Shown: piece after piece, positions 61,438-64,000 of the stretch | Position numbering within the stretch: the first letter of the stretch is position 1 | Layout: each line of letters begins with the position of its first letter | Origin: Raja brachyura | Lineage: Eukaryota | Direction: 5' to 3' | DNA: 64,000 bases | Assembly (NCBI GenBank): GCA_963514005.1 | Contig: OY740798.1 | Span: 25,296,001-25,360,000 of the forward strand | The notes under the pieces: model-generated | What the model was told of the DNA's origin: nothing | What the model saw: only the letters and a program-made list of their open reading frames with translations | Databases searched by the model: none | Position numbers and translations under genes: made by a program

Positions 61438-64000
61438 TAGCAATGTTACAAAATTTTGAGATTAAAAAAATCAAGTCTGCAATTTATCCCATCAGATAAA
61501 GCATAAGAAGAAGTTTAATTTAACACCTAATTCACTTTCATATCTTCAGTATTAAAAAAAGGTATGGCCATTTTCATACTCGGAAATTAGCATCTTGTTC
61601 CCTATTGCTTTTGCATTGACTTAACACAAAAGCTGTGGTCGAGGACAGTCAAAAGCCCATAACTTTCATAAAAATTAAGAGAAATTTTTGAAAAATTTCA
61701 GTTATTATAGATTGAAGCATTCTGAAACAGATATAAAACATCTAACTTCGATGACCTGATATTAAAGCATATAATTAGTTAATTACCTAATTGTAGCTAA
61801 TTACAAAATTGACCGTTGTGACGGCAATAGTAATAAACACCCAGACTGCCTTGAAAATCCAAAAATGTGATATTCTCAAGATCAGAACTTTAATATTATT
61901 GTATTATATGCTGTAAGTATTATGGGTAAATTGAATGGATTAAAGGCCGATAAATCCCCAGGGCCAGATAGGCTGCATCCCAGAGTACTTAAGGAAGTAG
62001 CTCCGGAAATAGTGGATGCATTAGTGATAATCTTTCAAAACTCTTTAGATTCTGGAGTAGTTCCTGAGGATTGGCAGGTAGCAAACGTAACCCCTCTTTT
62101 TAAGGAGGGGAGAGAGAAAACGGGGAATTACAGACCAGTTAGTCTAACATCAGTAGTGGGGAAACTGCTAGAGTCAGTTTTTAAAGATGGGATAGCAGCA
62201 CATTTGGAAAGTGGTGAAATCATTGGACAAAGTCAGCATGGATTATGGAGGCTGATTAGGAAAAGGGGAGATGCAGCGCGACCTGGGTGTTATGGTACAC
62301 CAGTCATTGAAGGTAGGCATGCAGGTGCAGCAGGCAGTGAAGAAAGTGAATGGTATGTTAGCTTTCATAGCAAAAGGATTTGAGTATAGGAGCAGGGAGG
62401 TTCTACTTCAGTTGTATAGGGTCTTGGTGAGACCACACCTGGAGTATTGCGTACAGTTCTGGTCTCCATATCTGAGAAAGGACATTATTGCCATAGAGGG
62501 AGTGCAGAGAAGCTTCACCAGACTGATTCCTGGGATGTCAGGACTGTCTTATGAACAAAGACTGCATAGACTCGGTTTATACTCTCTAGAATTTAGGAGA
62601 TTGAAAGGCGATCTTATAGAAACTTACAAAATTCTTAAGGGGTTGGACAGGCTAGATGCAGGAAGATTGTTCCCGATGTTGGGGAGGTCCAGGACAAGGG
62701 GTCACAGCTTAAGGATAAGGGGGAAATCCTTTAGGACCGAGACGAGAAGGACTTTTTTCACACAGAGTGGTGGGTCTCTGGAACTCTCTGCCACAGAGGG
62801 TAGTTGAGGTCAGTTCATTGGCTATATTTAAGAGGGAGTAAGATGTGGCCCTTGTGGCTAAGGGGATCAGTGGGTATGGAGAGAAGGCAGGTGCGGGAAA
62901 CTGAGTTGGATGATCAGCCATGATCATATTGAATGGCGGTGCAGGCTCGAAGGGCCGAATGGCCTACTCCTGCACCTAATTTCTAGGTTTCTATGTTTCT
63001 ATAAGTCTGCAACAGACAGGTAAATAAACAACAATTTCTAGCAATAGACCAAGTCTTTATGGAGAAGATTAGTTGCTAGCTGGTACATTGGCATATCATA
63101 TTCAGTGGCATCATAATACTCCTCAGATTGGAACCAATAAGAAACTCTGTACACCTTGTTTTTCCTCAACTTTTCAACTTTGCCATTGTAAACTACAAGT
63201 TTTTGCTCTTCAAACCACGCATGACATGCCTTTCTGCCCACTACTTTCCCATTAAGAATGTCCTGTAGATTCCATTTCTTAAGAAAAGGATATATTTTGT
63301 AAAGAGCCTAAGTATCCAAATAACAAACTAATCCCATTCACACAAGAATTCACAATATAACATGATTTTTAAATCTCACTGTCATTAATTCATATGCCAG
63401 ATGGAAGGAATTTGATGTTTAATTCCCATAAATTAATCTAGAAACATCTACTCAATATAATCAATTAAAAAAAAAAATTTTGCTGACTAAAACTGATATT
63501 TAGTATCAAAATATTGACTATGGGTAGACAATAACACAAAATGTAGACGATTTAGATGCTCTTATGATATGATTGTCCGAAAAAAAGAACATTTAAATCA
63601 TCTTGCGGGTGGGTTTTTCTGGAGCACGATCGACTGGAACGTTGCATTTGCGGTGAATTTGACCCCATATCGGCAGGAAAAACATTGCCGGTTCGTATAG
63701 GGCCCAAATAACATTTTCGCAACATAAAATTTGATTAAAGCCATCCCAAGAAGCAAGTTTATATGTAAAATATACGACTTACCCGTTGTTTTGTCCCGTT
63801 CATGCGATCCGTCACGTTGTCGGCGTTGAGGGCGGTAGAAGTCGCTTTTTTATTTTAATCAAAATATTAAATTGTTTAGCAATTTAAAAAAAAAAAAAAA
63901 AAAACGGGAACGGAATTCGGATTGATTATTCTTCAGCAGCTCGCAGCCCGAGGAAGTCCACCTCCGACAGGCAGGATTTAATGCATTTTAATCCGACCAC
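61438..64000 (-). mobile_element. Non-autonomous DNA transposon, copy 3 (runs off the window end)
   Basis: Starts TAGCAATGTTACAAAA; colinear with copy 1; coding remnant 63038-63270 (-). Confidence 0.88.
61919..63002 (+). mobile_element. CR1 LINE (internally deleted) nested in transposon copy 3
   Basis: KSPGPDRLHPRVLKE, NYRPVSLTSVVGKLLE, VRPHLEYCVQFWSP; (TTTCTATG)n-like tail. Confidence 0.92.

Overview
Vertebrate genomic DNA, most likely a cartilaginous fish such as a skate or ray (inferred from the CR1, Penelope, tRNA-SINE and Rex/Babar repeat content). Three protein-coding genes are supported by splice-consistent exon chains. (1) The last five coding exons of DENND2B/ST5 (+, 791-7346). (2) The complete RPL27A gene (-, 21128-28811, 148 aa), with a SNORA3 H/ACA snoRNA in intron 4, tail-to-tail with DENND2B as in human. 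(3) A 10-exon B7-H6/NCR3LG1-like gene (+, 35374-54344, predicted 964 aa), divergent from RPL27A. The third gene is the standout: signal peptide, IgV, IgC1 and a single TM helix, followed by six further C1-type Ig domains on the predicted cytoplasmic side. One of these has lost its F-strand Cys, and an IRF/ISRE-type element lies just upstream of the ATG. The rest is dense transposon sequence: three copies of a TAG...CTA DNA transposon family (7-bp TSD) carrying a Spindlin/Tudor-like coding remnant, each with a different nested LINE; a 1-kb deleted Gypsy with a tRNA-Trp PBS; Tx1, L1, CR1 and Rex/Babar LINEs; a Tc1 element; Penelope remnants with minimal hammerhead-like motifs; and a GC-rich VNTR composite retroelement. 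All homology calls are from memory of the protein families, without database searches. Repeat boundaries are approximate unless a TSD or TIR is cited.
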